From NCBI GenBank assembly GCA_964354545.1, contig CAYHAE010000001.1, forward strand, positions 364 to 64,363: a DNA stretch of 64,000 nucleotides. The letters are read 5' to 3'. A program made the position numbers and the translations under genes. Shown piece by piece: positions 49,836 through 60,421 of the stretch (position 1 is the first letter of the stretch; each line of letters opens with the position of its first letter). The stretch comes from an uncultured Planctomycetia bacterium. Its GTDB lineage: Bacteria; Omnitrophota; Gorgyraeia; 2-01-FULL-45-10; JAHFGN01. The notes below the pieces were generated by a model. It saw nothing but the letters and a program-made list of their open reading frames with translations, did no database searches and was not told where the DNA came from.

Positions 49836-50865
49836 GGACCGGCCTGTCCTCGTGACCATGGGTGACCCGTCCGGAATAGGCCCGGAGGTCATCGTGAAGG
49901 CGTTCGCGGAGGCGAGAGGGCGCGCGTTAAGATCATTTTTGCTCCTCGGCGATGCCTTTGTCATCTCCAAAACGCTCTCCGCAACAAAGACGCAGCTCCC
50001 TCTCAACCCCCTGCGAAGGTCTTCTCGGCTCATGCTGCGAAATAACGCGGTAAACCTGATCGACTTCGAGAATGTCCCCCGGAAGGGATTTGAATTCGGA
50101 CGGGAGGACAGTCGATACGGAAAGGCCTCCCTCGAGTACATCGATGAGGCCCTCAGGCTCCTCGCGGATGGAACGGGGGCCTCTCTTGTGACGGGACCCG
50201 TGAATAAAGCATCGATCGCGGGCTCCGGTGTTCCGTTCGTGGGACACACGGAGCACATGGCGGAGAGGACGGGGACGAAGCGCTATGCGATGATGCTTCT
50301 AGGCGGGACGCTCAGGGTCGTTCTCGTCACGAGGCACATTGCGCTCAAGGACGTCGCGCGCCTGCTCTCCGTTGATTCGATATGCTCCGCGATCGGGTTG
50401 ACGTACGAAGCGCTCACGAAGTATTTCAGACTGAAGGCCCCGCGGATCGGCGTGGCGGGCCTGAACCCGCACGCGGGCGATTCGAGCCTCTTCGGAAAAG
50501 AGGAAGAAGAGATCATAAGGCCCGCGATAGAGAGGGCTTCGCGCACGGTCCCTCACATCGTCGGCCCAAGGCCTCCTGACGTGATATTCTATGAGGCCTA
50601 TCGCAATAGATACGATGCGGTCGTTGCCATGTATCACGACCAGGGGCTCATCCCGCTCAAGATGCTCTATTTCGACGAAGGCGTAAACCTTACCCTCGGC
50701 CTCCCCTTCGTACGGACGTCGCCGGACCACGGAAGCGCGTTCGATATCGCCGGGCAGGGCATCGCGCACCCGCGCTCGATGCAGGAGGCGATGAAACTGG
50801 CCGTCACACTTTCCCATGCGCGACAGATAACGGGATCGCGCATGTCAATGTTCTTGCGCACATGA
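49813..50865 (+). CDS. pdxA: 4-hydroxythreonine-4-phosphate dehydrogenase
   Basis: TMGDPSGIGPE, TGPVNK, GHTE, GLNPHAG, MYHDQG, RTSPDHGSAFDIAG. Confidence 0.96.
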   Translation: MRTSSSNEDRPVLVTMGDPSGIGPEVIVKAFAEARGRALRSFLLLGDAFVISKTLSATKTQLPLNPLRRSSRLMLRNNAVNLIDFENVPRKGFEFGREDSRYGKASLEYIDEALRLLADGTGASLVTGPVNKASIAGSGVPFVGHTEHMAERTGTKRYAMMLLGGTLRVVLVTRHIALKDVARLLSVDSICSAIGLTYEALTKYFRLKAPRIGVAGLNPHAGDSSLFGKEEEEIIRPAIERASRTVPHIVGPRPPDVIFYEAYRNRYDAVVAMYHDQGLIPLKMLYFDEGVNLTLGLPFVRTSPDHGSAFDIAGQGIAHPRSMQEAMKLAVTLSHARQITGSRMSMFLRT

Positions 50866-50867
50866 GT

Positions 50868-50970
50868 CAGAGATGCCGTGCATCAGCGATCATCTGCGAA
50901 GCCGCGCATGTGCGCGCGATAAGTGTTCATCTGAAACACCGGCGTACATGGATCTGCGCCGATCTATGAA
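50868..50970. repeat. ~10-bp-period ATCWGYG motif pairs
   Basis: catcagcgat catctgcgaa; gataagtgtt catctgaaac; gatctgcgcc gatctatgaa. Confidence 0.55.
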
Positions 50971-51007
50971 ATTAAAGCCGCATAATTCCTGACATAAGCA
51001 CCTGCAT

Positions 51008-51853
51008 ATGCACTCCAAAAAGGAACTCCTGGGGCTCTTCTCGAAGTACCGTATAAGACCCCTCAGGCGATTAGGGCAGAATTTCCTCATCGACCGTACC
51101 GCGAAGGACAGGATCATCGAGTCCGCTGCGCTGGCGAAGGACGACGTCGTCCTCGAGATAGGGCCCGGTTTCGGCGCGCTTACCTTCGATCTTGCCGCGC
51201 GCGCGAAGAGCGTGATCGCCGTTGAAAAAGATAAGTCGCTCTGCCGGTTCCTTGAGGAAGAGGCCCGCCGCAGGGCCGCAGACGTGCGCGTGGTACAAGG
51301 TGACATAGTGGACTTCGACATCTCCGCGGTGGCGCCTTCGAGAAAGATCAAGGTTATCGGCAACCTTCCTTACTATGTGACGACACCGATACTCACGCAC
51401 CTGGTCGAGGGCCGTCGATCCATTGAGTGCGCGGTGATCACAGTACAGAAGGAGGTCGCCGAGAGGCTCACGGCGCTGCCCGGAGGCAAGACATACGGCG
51501 CCCTTACCTGTTTCGTCCAGTACCATGCGGAGGTGCGCCCTCTCTGCCGCATCGATCGAACCTCGTTCTATCCCGAACCGGAAGTCGATTCCAGCCTTAT
51601 CCGCCTCGACGTACGCGGGTCACCGCCGGTTGACGTACGCGACGAAGAGCTGTTCTTTCGCGTGATACGGAAGGCGTTCAATCAGAGGAGGAAGACCATA
51701 CTGAACTCGCTCACGTCCAAGGCGCTCGGTGATATCGGTTCACGGGAGGCCGTCTCAGAAACGCTGTCGAAGGTTTCCATCGATACGCGCGTGCGGCCCG
51801 AGATGCTCAGCCTGCAGGATTTTGCGAATATCGCGAACGCGCTCACGCCGTAG
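51008..51853 (+). CDS. rsmA: 16S rRNA m6,2A dimethyltransferase KsgA
   Basis: LGQNFL, EIGPGFG, GNLPYY, QKEVAERL, FNQRRKT. Confidence 0.97.
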   Translation: MHSKKELLGLFSKYRIRPLRRLGQNFLIDRTAKDRIIESAALAKDDVVLEIGPGFGALTFDLAARAKSVIAVEKDKSLCRFLEEEARRRAADVRVVQGDIVDFDISAVAPSRKIKVIGNLPYYVTTPILTHLVEGRRSIECAVITVQKEVAERLTALPGGKTYGALTCFVQYHAEVRPLCRIDRTSFYPEPEVDSSLIRLDVRGSPPVDVRDEELFFRVIRKAFNQRRKTILNSLTSKALGDIGSREAVSETLSKVSIDTRVRPEMLSLQDFANIANALTP

Positions 51854-51925
51854 TTTATACCGTTTGAGAATCGCATCGGCAACGTGTTCCCGAGTTGAGA
51901 TCCCACCTGCTCCCAACGACCGCAC

Positions 51926-51967
51926 TACGCCATACGCAATACGCGATACGCAATACGCAATACGAAT
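51926..51967. repeat. Heptamer tandem (TACGCAA)x6
   Basis: tacgcca tacgcaa tacgcga tacgcaa tacgcaa tacgaat. Confidence 0.85.
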
Positions 51968-51997
51968 TATGCTGCACCACTGAGTCGAGCCGAAGGG

Positions 51998-52026
51998 TTG
52001 ACTTTTCAATGGGTATATGGTAATTT
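51998..52026 (+). promoter_or_regulatory. sigma70-type promoter of gatCAB
   Basis: TTGACT-17 bp-TAATTT with extended TG. Confidence 0.55.
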
Positions 52027-52036
52027 ATTTAATATT

Positions 52037-52330
52037 ATGATAGATAAAAAGACCGTAGAGCGTGTGGCACTCCTCTCCAGGCTCAGGCTCAACGAAGACG
52101 AGCTCGAGCTCTACAGCCGGCAGTTGGCATCCATCGTATCGTATATCAGTAAATTGAATGAGCTGGATACGAAGGATACGCTTCCGACAAGCCATGCCCT
52201 GTCGACCCTTAAGAATGTCTTCAGAAGCGATCGCGGGAGGGCATCGCTTCCCATCGAGGAAGTCTTGAGCAATGCGCCGGCCAGAGAAGGGGACTTCTTC
52301 AAGATCCCAAAAGTGATAGAGGGGAAATAG
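52037..52330 (+). CDS. gatC: Asp/Glu-tRNA amidotransferase subunit C
   Basis: VERVALLSRL, LNELDT, NVFRSD, LSNAP..FFKIPKVIE. Confidence 0.95.
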   Translation: MIDKKTVERVALLSRLRLNEDELELYSRQLASIVSYISKLNELDTKDTLPTSHALSTLKNVFRSDRGRASLPIEEVLSNAPAREGDFFKIPKVIEGK

Positions 52331-52336
52331 TCTTCA

Positions 52337-53791
52337 ATGGAAGCGCTCTACAACCTCACCGCTCACCGCTTACGCGATAGGCTGCGCCGAAAAGAGATCA
52401 GGCCTTCCGACATCGTCTCGGACGTCGTTGCGAGGATCGCGGGCGTGGAGGAAAAGGTCCACAGCTATGCTGCGCTCAACGAGTCGGGCGCCCGAAAGGC
52501 CGCACATGCGCTGGACGCGACTGCTGCCGGGGGGGCCCTCTACGGCATCCCGGTCCTCGTGAAAGATAACATATGCGTCAAGGGCGAAGAGACGACGTGC
52601 TCGTCGAGGATATTGAAGGGATTTGCCCCTCCGTACGATGCGACGGTGGTAAGGAAATTGAAGGAGGCGCACGCAGTGCTTTTGGGCAAGGCGAATATGG
52701 ATGAGTTCGCCTTCGGCTCTTCGTGTGAAACGTCATGTTATGGGCCGACGCGCAATCCCTGGGACCTCGAGAGGATCCCCGGCGGATCGAGCGGCGGTTC
52801 GGCCGCGGCGGTCGCGTCGGGAGAAGCGACCCTGGCGCTCGGTTCAGACACGGGCGGTTCTATACGGCAGCCTGCGGCAATGTGCGGGGTCGTCGGGATG
52901 AAGCCGACCTACGGAAGGGTTTCAAGGTACGGGCTCATCGCGTTCGCCTCAAGCCTCGACCAGATCGGCCCGATCGCGAGGGACGTCGAAGACGCGGCGC
53001 TCCTCCTGAACGTGATCGCGGGCTACGACGAGATGGACTCCACCTCGGTCGATATCCCCGTTCCTGATTACGGGAAATCGCTCGTCGACGACGTCAGGGG
53101 CATCACGATAGGGGTCCCGCGAGAGTACGTCGGTAAAGGCGGGATAGACGCGGGCGTCTTGAAGGCGGTGAGGGAGGCGATAGACGAGCTGAAGGGCCGC
53201 GGCGCGGGCGTGAAAGAGATCTCACTTCCGCACACGGACTACGCGGTGAGCGTATACTATATCATCGCGCCCGCAGAAGCGAGCTCCAACCTCGCGAGGT
53301 TCGACGGCGTCCAATACGGCTTCAGGGCTGAAGACGCAAGAGATCTCATCGATATGTATATCGAGACCCGGTCCAGGGCGTTCGGAAATGAGGCGAAGAG
53401 GAGGATACTGCTCGGGACGTATGTCCTTTCAAGCGGCTACTATGAGGCGTACTACCTGAAGGCGCAAAAGGTGAGGACAAAGATAAAGGAGGATTTCGAT
53501 AATGCCTTCAAGGTCGTCGACTGCATTATTACCCCCACCGCACCGACGGCAGCCTTTAAGATAGGGGAAAAGACGGCAGACCCCTTAAGCATGTACCTCT
53601 CCGATATATTCACGATACCGGCTAACCTCGCCGGTATTCCCGGGCTGTCTCTCCCGTGCGGATTTACACAGGCGGGACTTCCGATAGGGATGCAGCTCCT
53701 GGGGAAGCCGTTTGGCGAAGAGATGCTTTTCAGGGTCGCGTACACGTACGAACAGCACACGGACTGGCACACGAGACGGCCGGCGTTGTGA
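52337..53791 (+). CDS. gatA: Asp/Glu-tRNA amidotransferase subunit A
   Basis: [42 protein letters not shown]. Confidence 0.98.
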   Translation: MEALYNLTAHRLRDRLRRKEIRPSDIVSDVVARIAGVEEKVHSYAALNESGARKAAHALDATAAGGALYGIPVLVKDNICVKGEETTCSSRILKGFAPPYDATVVRKLKEAHAVLLGKANMDEFAFGSSCETSCYGPTRNPWDLERIPGGSSGGSAAAVASGEATLALGSDTGGSIRQPAAMCGVVGMKPTYGRVSRYGLIAFASSLDQIGPIARDVEDAALLLNVIAGYDEMDSTSVDIPVPDYGKSLVDDVRGITIGVPREYVGKGGIDAGVLKAVREAIDELKGRGAGVKEISLPHTDYAVSVYYIIAPAEASSNLARFDGVQYGFRAEDARDLIDMYIETRSRAFGNEAKRRILLGTYVLSSGYYEAYYLKAQKVRTKIKEDFDNAFKVVDCIITPTAPTAAFKIGEKTADPLSMYLSDIFTIPANLAGIPGLSLPCGFTQAGLPIGMQLLGKPFGEEMLFRVAYTYEQHTDWHTRRPAL

Positions 53792-53808
53792 CGGCAAATG
53801 CAGGAAGT

Positions 53809-53870
53809 GTTCCGCCGAAGGCGGATCCGCCTTCGGCGGAAAAGTGCAATGTGTAAAGTGTAAGATGTGA
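53809..53870. repeat. Double REP-like hairpin, 40/41 identical to 41420-41460, plus heptamer-like tail
   Basis: gttccgccgaaggcggatccgccttcggcggaaaagtgcaa. Confidence 0.85.
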
Positions 53871-53879
53871 TCAGATACC

Positions 53880-55310
53880 ATGGAATATGAACCTGTCATA
53901 GGACTAGAGGTCCACCTCCAGCTCTCGACCGAGACGAAGGCGTTCTGCGGCTGCTCGACGCGTTTCGGGCAGAGGCCGAACTCTCAAACATGCCCTGTCT
54001 GTCTTGGTTTTCCCGGGGCACTGCCCGTCTTCAACGAGAGGGCATTTCGCTATTCGCTCAAAGTGGCCCTTGCCTTGCGCTGCGATATCCAGAAGTATGT
54101 GAAATTTGACAGGAAGAACTACTACTATCCTGATTTGCCGAAGAATTACCAGATATCGCAATTCGACAAGCCGCTTGCCTATAACGGCACGGTGGGGATC
54201 GCCTCCGAAGGCTCCCCCAAAGAGATCCGCGTCAGGAGGGTGCATATCGAAGAAGATGCGGGCAAGCTCATCCACGAGACGCACGGTAACTTCAGCGTCG
54301 CGGATTACAACAGGGCAGGTATCCCCCTGCTCGAGATCGTGACGGAACCGGACCTCAATTCTCCTGAAGAGGCATATGAGTACCTTGTGAGGCTCAAATC
54401 GATCTTGGAGTATTTGGACGTCTCTGACTGCGATATGGAGAAGGGGAGCCTGCGCTGCGATGCGAACATATCCGTGCGGCCTAAAGGGGAGGCCTCTCTC
54501 GGCACAAAGGTTGAGTTGAAGAATATGAACACCTTCAAAGGCGTGAGAAGTGCGCTCGCGTATGAAGTGGACAGGCAGCTCGAGGCGGCCTCATCAGGAG
54601 AGGCGCTCGTCCAGGAGACGCGCCTGTGGGATGCCGGGAAGGGCGTGACGGCCTCAATGAGGTCAAAGGAAGAGGCCCATGATTACAGGTATTTCCCCGA
54701 ACCCGACCTCGTCCCGTTCGTCGTGGCAGAGGCATTGATCGGCGAGATCCGGAAGGAGCTGCCCGAACTTCCGGACCGGAGGGCACGGCGGTTCACAGAG
54801 ACCCTCTCGCTCTCCGAGTACGACGCCCGCGTCCTGACGAGCGATAGGAGGCTGGCAGATTACTTCGAGGAGTGCATCGGCCTCTACAATAAGCCGAAGG
54901 CGCTCGCGAACTGGATAATGGGCGATATGCTGAGCCAGATGAACGAGAGAAAGGTCGATATCGCGGGGCTCGCGCTCAGGCCCCGTGATCTCATCGGCCT
55001 CATGCAGATGATAGACTCGGGCGAGATAAGCGGGAAGATCGCGAAAGAGATATTCATCGAGATGGTAGAGACCAAGAAGGCGCCGCAGGACATTGTGAGA
55101 TCCAAGGGGATGTTCCAGATCCGGAGCGCCGAAGAAGTGGACCGCGCGGTGAGGGCCGTGGTGGAGAAGAACAGAAAATCGGTGGAAGACTATAAGGCGG
55201 GGAAGAGAAATGCGTTCACGTATCTCGTCGGCCAGGTGATGAAGGAGACGAAGGGGAGGGCGAACCCCGCGCTTGCGAATGAGATATTGAAAAAGATCTT
55301 GGGAGAATAA
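53880..55310 (+). CDS. gatB: Asp/Glu-tRNA amidotransferase subunit B
   Basis: IGLEVH, FDRKNYYYPDLPKNYQISQ, EEDAGK, RCDANIS, DYRYFPEPDL. Confidence 0.98.
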   Translation: MEYEPVIGLEVHLQLSTETKAFCGCSTRFGQRPNSQTCPVCLGFPGALPVFNERAFRYSLKVALALRCDIQKYVKFDRKNYYYPDLPKNYQISQFDKPLAYNGTVGIASEGSPKEIRVRRVHIEEDAGKLIHETHGNFSVADYNRAGIPLLEIVTEPDLNSPEEAYEYLVRLKSILEYLDVSDCDMEKGSLRCDANISVRPKGEASLGTKVELKNMNTFKGVRSALAYEVDRQLEAASSGEALVQETRLWDAGKGVTASMRSKEEAHDYRYFPEPDLVPFVVAEALIGEIRKELPELPDRRARRFTETLSLSEYDARVLTSDRRLADYFEECIGLYNKPKALANWIMGDMLSQMNERKVDIAGLALRPRDLIGLMQMIDSGEISGKIAKEIFIEMVETKKAPQDIVRSKGMFQIRSAEEVDRAVRAVVEKNRKSVEDYKAGKRNAFTYLVGQVMKETKGRANPALANEILKKILGE

Positions 55311-55311
55311 T

Positions 55312-56619
55312 ATGAAGACAGGAAGGATCCGTTCATTGTTCATGGCGGTGGTTCTCATCGCGGCGGCGGGATTTGTGGTGAAAGGCATATGCGGACAGGA
55401 GGCCTTACACGGGCCCCAGACAAAGGCGGTCAAGCCCAAAGAGGACCTCTACGTCCAGATGGAGCTTTTCGCCGATTCGTTGAGCGTGATACAGTCCGAC
55501 TATGTGGTTGACGTAGATACGAAGAAACTCATTTACGGCGCGCTCAAAGGCATGCTCGCCTCCCTCGACGACTACAGCCAGTTCATGGAACCCAGCGAGT
55601 ATAACGAGATAAAAGTGGAGTCGAAGGGCGAATTCGGCGGCATCGGGATCGAGATGAACCTCAAGGACGGCATCCTCACCGTTATCTCTCCGATATCGGG
55701 TTCCCCTGCGGACAAGGCCGGCGTCATGGCGGGGGACAGGATCATAAAGGTGAACGGGAAGATCACCAAGAAAATGACGATGGACGACGCGGTGAAGGAA
55801 TTGCGGGGAGAACCGGGGACCATGGTGGGCCTCACGCTCTGGCGCGAGAAGGAAGAAAGAATAGTGGACGTCTCGATCAAGAGGGACATCATAAAGATCG
55901 AGAGCATAAATGAGGCAGATCTCCTCGAGGACAAGATCGGGTATATACGGCTCATTGAATTCCAGGAGAATACGCCCCGCGATCTCGAGGAAGCGGTCGC
56001 GCGGCTGAAGAAGGAAGGGATGGATTCCCTTATCTTCGATCTGCGGAACAATCCCGGCGGCCTCCTCGACGTCGCCATCGCGGTCTCGGAGAAATTCCTG
56101 CAGAAGGGCAGCCTCATCGTGTCAACGAAGTCGAGGGTCGCTTCCCAGAATGTCGAGTTCAGGGCGAAAAATGAGAAGCCCTACACCGATTTTCCCATGG
56201 TCATTCTCGTGAACGAGGGTTCGGCGAGCGCCTCGGAGATCGCCGCAGGGGCGATCCAGGATAATCGACGCGGTATCGTGGCGGGGACAAAGACGTACGG
56301 GAAGGGTTCCGTCCAGACCGTGATGCCGCTCAAGGATGGCTCCGCGCTCCGGCTCACGACCGCCTCGTACCTTACTCCGAGCGGAAGGTCTATCAGCGGT
56401 GAGGGGATCATCCCGGATGTCTTTGTAGAGCAGGTGCAGTATCAGGAAGAGCCAAAGGCCAAGAAGGAAGACATCTTTAAGAAACTGGAGACAAAGAGCG
56501 AGGAGAAGAAAGAGGGGAAAGAGCCCCGGGTGAAGAAGGAGAAGGTGCGGGACTATCAGTTGGAACGCGCGATCGACATCATAAAAGGGATAAAGGCCTA
56601 TAAGAAGATAACGGCGTGA
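55312..56619 (+). CDS. S41 family C-terminal processing protease (PDZ)
   Basis: FGGIGI, DLRNNPGG, SASASEI, TYGKGSVQ, LTTASYLTPSG. Confidence 0.95.
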   Translation: MKTGRIRSLFMAVVLIAAAGFVVKGICGQEALHGPQTKAVKPKEDLYVQMELFADSLSVIQSDYVVDVDTKKLIYGALKGMLASLDDYSQFMEPSEYNEIKVESKGEFGGIGIEMNLKDGILTVISPISGSPADKAGVMAGDRIIKVNGKITKKMTMDDAVKELRGEPGTMVGLTLWREKEERIVDVSIKRDIIKIESINEADLLEDKIGYIRLIEFQENTPRDLEEAVARLKKEGMDSLIFDLRNNPGGLLDVAIAVSEKFLQKGSLIVSTKSRVASQNVEFRAKNEKPYTDFPMVILVNEGSASASEIAAGAIQDNRRGIVAGTKTYGKGSVQTVMPLKDGSALRLTTASYLTPSGRSISGEGIIPDVFVEQVQYQEEPKAKKEDIFKKLETKSEEKKEGKEPRVKKEKVRDYQLERAIDIIKGIKAYKKITA

Positions 56620-56656
56620 GACGCATCTCCTCACGCAGCGGGGCTTCTAAAGGGGA

Positions 56657-57766
56657 GTGGACCGTATGAGACCAAAAACGCTTGTGATCGGCGCGATCGT
56701 AATCGCCGCGTTCATCGGCTCCGTTCTCTTTCTCAGGAGCGCGGTGACCGTGCTCGACAAGTCCGAGGAACTGGACCGCGCGCTGTCACCGGTATTCTCA
56801 AAATTCGATATCTCCGGGACGAACATGGCGAAGGAAGCCCGCGCGGAGGCCCGGCGAGGCATACGGCGGTACGTCCACGTGCACAGGGACTACGAGACGA
56901 GGGGCGTCAATTTCAGGAATTTCACAAAGGCGCTTGAGGCAGGGCTCAAAAAGAGGGGTTTCGCGGTCTCGAAGAGCGATTACTCGGCGGCACAGGGTGT
57001 CGAGGAGGCCTCTTACGCCGTTACGTTCAGGGGGCTCGACGTCATGTCGATAAGGCTCTCGCAGAGGCGCGCCGCGAAGCGGCCGGCGATCAAGAAGGTC
57101 TACCCGAACCCGAGGGTCGCCATTGTCCTCGATGATTTCGGATATAACAATGAGAACCTCGCGGCCCTCTTTGAAATGGGCATCCCGGTCACCTTTTCCG
57201 TATTGCCAAACTTGAAATATTCCTCTACGATCTCACGCGCGGCGCGCTCGAAGGGATACGAAGTCATCCTCCACCTCCCTCTCGAACCGCACAGGAAGAA
57301 CGTGAAGGAGGAGGTCAATACGATAAATTCGAGGCTCCCCGAGAGCGAGATCCTTGCGCGGCTCGACAGTGACATCAAGAGCGTCCCCGGCCTGGTCGGC
57401 GTATCAAACCATATGGGTTCTCAGTCGACCGAGGACCCGAAGCTCATGGGCATCATATTGCGGGCGCTTGAGGCGCGAAGGCTTTTCTTTCTCGACAGCA
57501 TGACGGCGAGCAAATCGGTCTGCGAAGAGGCCGCAAAGGAAGCCGGCGTGAAGTTCGCCAAGCGGAGCGTCTTTCTTGACAATACGCCCGGCGCGGACAA
57601 GATCAGGGATCAGATATATCTCCTGGAGCAGCGCGCCTTCGCCACCGGAGCGGCGATCGCGATAGGCCACGACAAAAAGGTCACGGTGAAGGTCTTGAGC
57701 GAGGAGCTGCCCGCGCTCGCACGCGAAGGGGTTCGTTTTGTGACGGTGGCGGAGCTCGTGAAGTGA
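56657..57766 (+). CDS. Divergent polysaccharide deacetylase (YibQ-like)
   Basis: AIVLDDFG, LHLPLEP, SNHMGS, FFLDSMT, VFLDN, AIGH. Confidence 0.92.
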   Translation: MDRMRPKTLVIGAIVIAAFIGSVLFLRSAVTVLDKSEELDRALSPVFSKFDISGTNMAKEARAEARRGIRRYVHVHRDYETRGVNFRNFTKALEAGLKKRGFAVSKSDYSAAQGVEEASYAVTFRGLDVMSIRLSQRRAAKRPAIKKVYPNPRVAIVLDDFGYNNENLAALFEMGIPVTFSVLPNLKYSSTISRAARSKGYEVILHLPLEPHRKNVKEEVNTINSRLPESEILARLDSDIKSVPGLVGVSNHMGSQSTEDPKLMGIILRALEARRLFFLDSMTASKSVCEEAAKEAGVKFAKRSVFLDNTPGADKIRDQIYLLEQRAFATGAAIAIGHDKKVTVKVLSEELPALAREGVRFVTVAELVK

Positions 57767-57787
57767 TGGCGGTAATGTATGCAGCAT

Positions 57788-57907
57788 GCGCAGATGACCA
57801 CAGACTTCACGTGCATCGGCATATTCACTGATGATCACAGATGCCGCGGATCAGTGATGATCAGTGAACCCGTGAGTCTTTCATGCGATCCGTGATCATC
57901 TGCGGAA
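57788..57907. repeat. Inverted ~10-bp-period CRCWGAT/ATCWGYG arrays
   Basis: gcgcagatgaccacagac; cactgatgatcacagatg; atcagtgatgatcagtga; atccgtgatcatctgcg. Confidence 0.65.
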
Positions 57908-57971
57908 GATCAACGGTGTGCGCGATTTCGCATGAGCCGAGTTTAAAAAATGTCTGTTATAAAGGCCTAAC

Positions 57972-59018
57972 GTGATCACGCTCGGTATAGAGACCTCGTG
58001 TGACGAGACGGCCATCGCGGTGACGGATGGGAGGCGGGTCCTTTCAAACTGTGTGACGTCGAGCGTCCACCTCCACTCCCGATACGGAGGTGTGGTCCCG
58101 GAGATCGCGACGAGGCACCATGTTGAGTACATCAGCCAGGTCCTCTCGTGCGCGCTGCGGCACGCCGGCAAGAAGGCTAAGGATATCGAGCTCGTCTCGG
58201 TGACGAGGGGGCCGGGGCTCGTCGGGGCGCTTCTCATAGGGGTCTCGATGGCGAAGGCGATGAGCTACGCGCTCGGGATCCCGCTCGTGGGGGTCAACCA
58301 CGTCCTCGCCCACATGTACAGCGTATTCTTTACCGAGAAGGCCCCTCCCAGGTTTCCGTTCGTGGGCCTCGTGGTCTCCGGGGGCCACACGAGCCTCTAC
58401 CTGTGCAGGGATTTCCTGCGCACGGAGCTCTTGGGCCAGACGCAGGACGATGCGCTCGGTGAGGCCTATGACAAGGTCGCGAAGATATTGGCCCTGGGTT
58501 TTCCGGGAGGGCCGGTCATCGAGAGGGCCGCAAGGCTTTCGAAGGGTGAGCACCGGGTCAGGTTTCCTCGAAGTTACCTGAGCGAAGATTCTTTAGATTT
58601 TAGTTTCAGCGGAGTGAAAACTGCGGTATTATATTATATCAGGCCCCCCGCGCATGCCCGCGCGCGGAGCATACATGTCCGGGGGAGGCCGCGGCAGCGG
58701 ATGGACCGCGGCGCGATAAACGATATATGCCACGCGTTTCAGGAGGCGGTCCTCGATGTCGTCGTCGAGAAGACGGTACGCGCGTGTGAGCAGAAAGGCG
58801 TCAGGGCGGCGGTTGTCGGCGGCGGGGTCAGTGCAAACGGCCGTCTGAGGGAGAATCTTACATGTGCCGCTGCCTCTCGGGGCATACGGGTATATTTCCC
58901 GACAATGGAGTTCTGCACTGACAACGGCGCGATGATCGGCGTGCTGGGCGAAGGGCTTTACAGGCGGGGCTTTGAGTCGGACCTTTCTATGACCGCGGAC
59001 CCGAACCTGACACTGTGA
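57972..59018 (+). CDS. tsaD: tRNA threonylcarbamoyltransferase
   Basis: LGIETSCDET, GGVVPE, GPGL, HVLAH, SGGHT, GEAYDKVA, FSFSGVKT, CTDNGAMI. Confidence 0.97.
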   Translation: MITLGIETSCDETAIAVTDGRRVLSNCVTSSVHLHSRYGGVVPEIATRHHVEYISQVLSCALRHAGKKAKDIELVSVTRGPGLVGALLIGVSMAKAMSYALGIPLVGVNHVLAHMYSVFFTEKAPPRFPFVGLVVSGGHTSLYLCRDFLRTELLGQTQDDALGEAYDKVAKILALGFPGGPVIERAARLSKGEHRVRFPRSYLSEDSLDFSFSGVKTAVLYYIRPPAHARARSIHVRGRPRQRMDRGAINDICHAFQEAVLDVVVEKTVRACEQKGVRAAVVGGGVSANGRLRENLTCAAASRGIRVYFPTMEFCTDNGAMIGVLGEGLYRRGFESDLSMTADPNLTL

Positions 59019-59104
59019 GGAAAGACACCGGTTGCACAGATATTCTTTCTGTCATTGCAATGACACGGGTTCACACTTAAAAGAAACGATGAGGAGAGAT
59101 ACGA

Positions 59105-59776
59105 ATGATCACTGATTGGCAGATCTTCTTTCGCTTAATACTGGCAGGAATTTTGAGCGGTCTGGTGGGGTTTGAAAGGGAGTACCACGGCAGGGCTGCC
59201 GGTCTCAGGACGCATATATTAGTATGCCTCGGTTCGACCCTCGTGATGCTCACGTCGCTCCACATGTGCGATATGTCGGTGGGTAAGTTTCCGTCCGATC
59301 CCGGCAGGATCGCGGCAGGGGTGGTGACAGGCATTGGATTTTTAGGCGCAGGTACGATAATGCAGTTCAAGGCCTCTGTGAGAGGGCTCACCACCGCCGC
59401 AAGCCTATGGGTCGCCGCGGGGTTAGGCCTTGCAGTGGGGTCGGGATTGTACTTCGCCGCGATCCTTACCACCATAATCACATTGGTCGCGCTCCTCTTC
59501 TTCTCCCGCATAGAGCACGCCCTTATACGGAAGGACTGGTATAAAGTGCTGGCGATCGAATCGGCCGCGGAGGTGGATAACCTCATCCAGATACGGGAGG
59601 CGCTCGCAAATTATGAAGTGGAGGTAAAGGATTTTGACATGACGAAGATGAAGGACGGCACAGCCGTGACCTGGCGCCTGAGCCTGAGGCTTGGCACTTC
59701 GAGCAACGACGCGAACATTATTTCCGATATAGGGCAGATACAAGGGGTGAAGAAGGCGCGCTGGGAGGTGAGCTAG
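59105..59776 (+). CDS. MgtC/SapB family membrane protein with C-terminal ACT-like domain
   Basis: GFERE..AGLRTH, DPGRIAAGVVTGIGFLGAG, GLTTAASLW. Confidence 0.95.
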   Translation: MITDWQIFFRLILAGILSGLVGFEREYHGRAAGLRTHILVCLGSTLVMLTSLHMCDMSVGKFPSDPGRIAAGVVTGIGFLGAGTIMQFKASVRGLTTAASLWVAAGLGLAVGSGLYFAAILTTIITLVALLFFSRIEHALIRKDWYKVLAIESAAEVDNLIQIREALANYEVEVKDFDMTKMKDGTAVTWRLSLRLGTSSNDANIISDIGQIQGVKKARWEVS

Positions 59777-59875
59777 ATCGCCTTGCGGGGTATGAAAGGT
59801 CACATGCTTGGCAGAACACGGTAACGTTCCGCGCGAAATAAGGCACGGTGCGGACGAGACGGGGAGGGGGCGCAT

Positions 59876-60421
59876 ATGAAGCTGCGGAAGGAGAAAAGAG
59901 AGGCTGAAGAGAAGGTCCTCGATGTCGATGCGACGATGCAGGGGACGCTCACGTTCAAGGACGCGGTAAACTTGAGGATAAACGGCGGGTTCGAGGGCAA
60001 CCTCAACACGAAGGGCAACCTCATGATAGGCGAGCACGCCACTGTCAATGCCGACGTCATAGGTGAGACGATAATCGTCGCGGGAAAGGTCAACGGGACA
60101 CTCATCGCGGTGAAGGAGCTGAAGCTCGTAGCTCCGGCGGTCGTCGTCGGTGAAATACGGACGCCGCGTCTGAGCATTGCGGAGGGTGCGATATTCGAGG
60201 GTACCTGCCACATGCTGAAGGCGGGGAGGGCCGAGGAGACGAATTCCCCGGTATCGACGCTCATGTCGCTCGATGAGCTCGCGAAATATCTGGAGCTGGA
60301 AGCATCTCTCGTGAGAGAGTGGGCGAGTTCCGGGAAATTGCCCGGCGTAAGGGCGGGCGAGTCGTGGACGTTCGACCGTACCAAGGTTGACGAGTGGGTC
60401 GCGGCGGGGAAGATAAAGTAA
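59876..60421 (+). CDS. Bactofilin (polymer-forming) domain fused to C-terminal excisionase-like HTH_17
   Basis: LRINGGFEGNL..IGEHATVNADV..GKVNG..GEIRTPRLSIAEGAIFEG, then LMSLDELAKYL..WASSGKLPGVRAGESWTFDR..VDEWV. Confidence 0.9.
   Translation: MKLRKEKREAEEKVLDVDATMQGTLTFKDAVNLRINGGFEGNLNTKGNLMIGEHATVNADVIGETIIVAGKVNGTLIAVKELKLVAPAVVVGEIRTPRLSIAEGAIFEGTCHMLKAGRAEETNSPVSTLMSLDELAKYLELEASLVREWASSGKLPGVRAGESWTFDRTKVDEWVAAGKIK

Noticed and set aside
58640-58715. Mobile hairpin insertion in tsaD
   Set aside because: An Arg-rich insertion exists in a loop that is normally variable, but I could not match it to any repeat family in the window.
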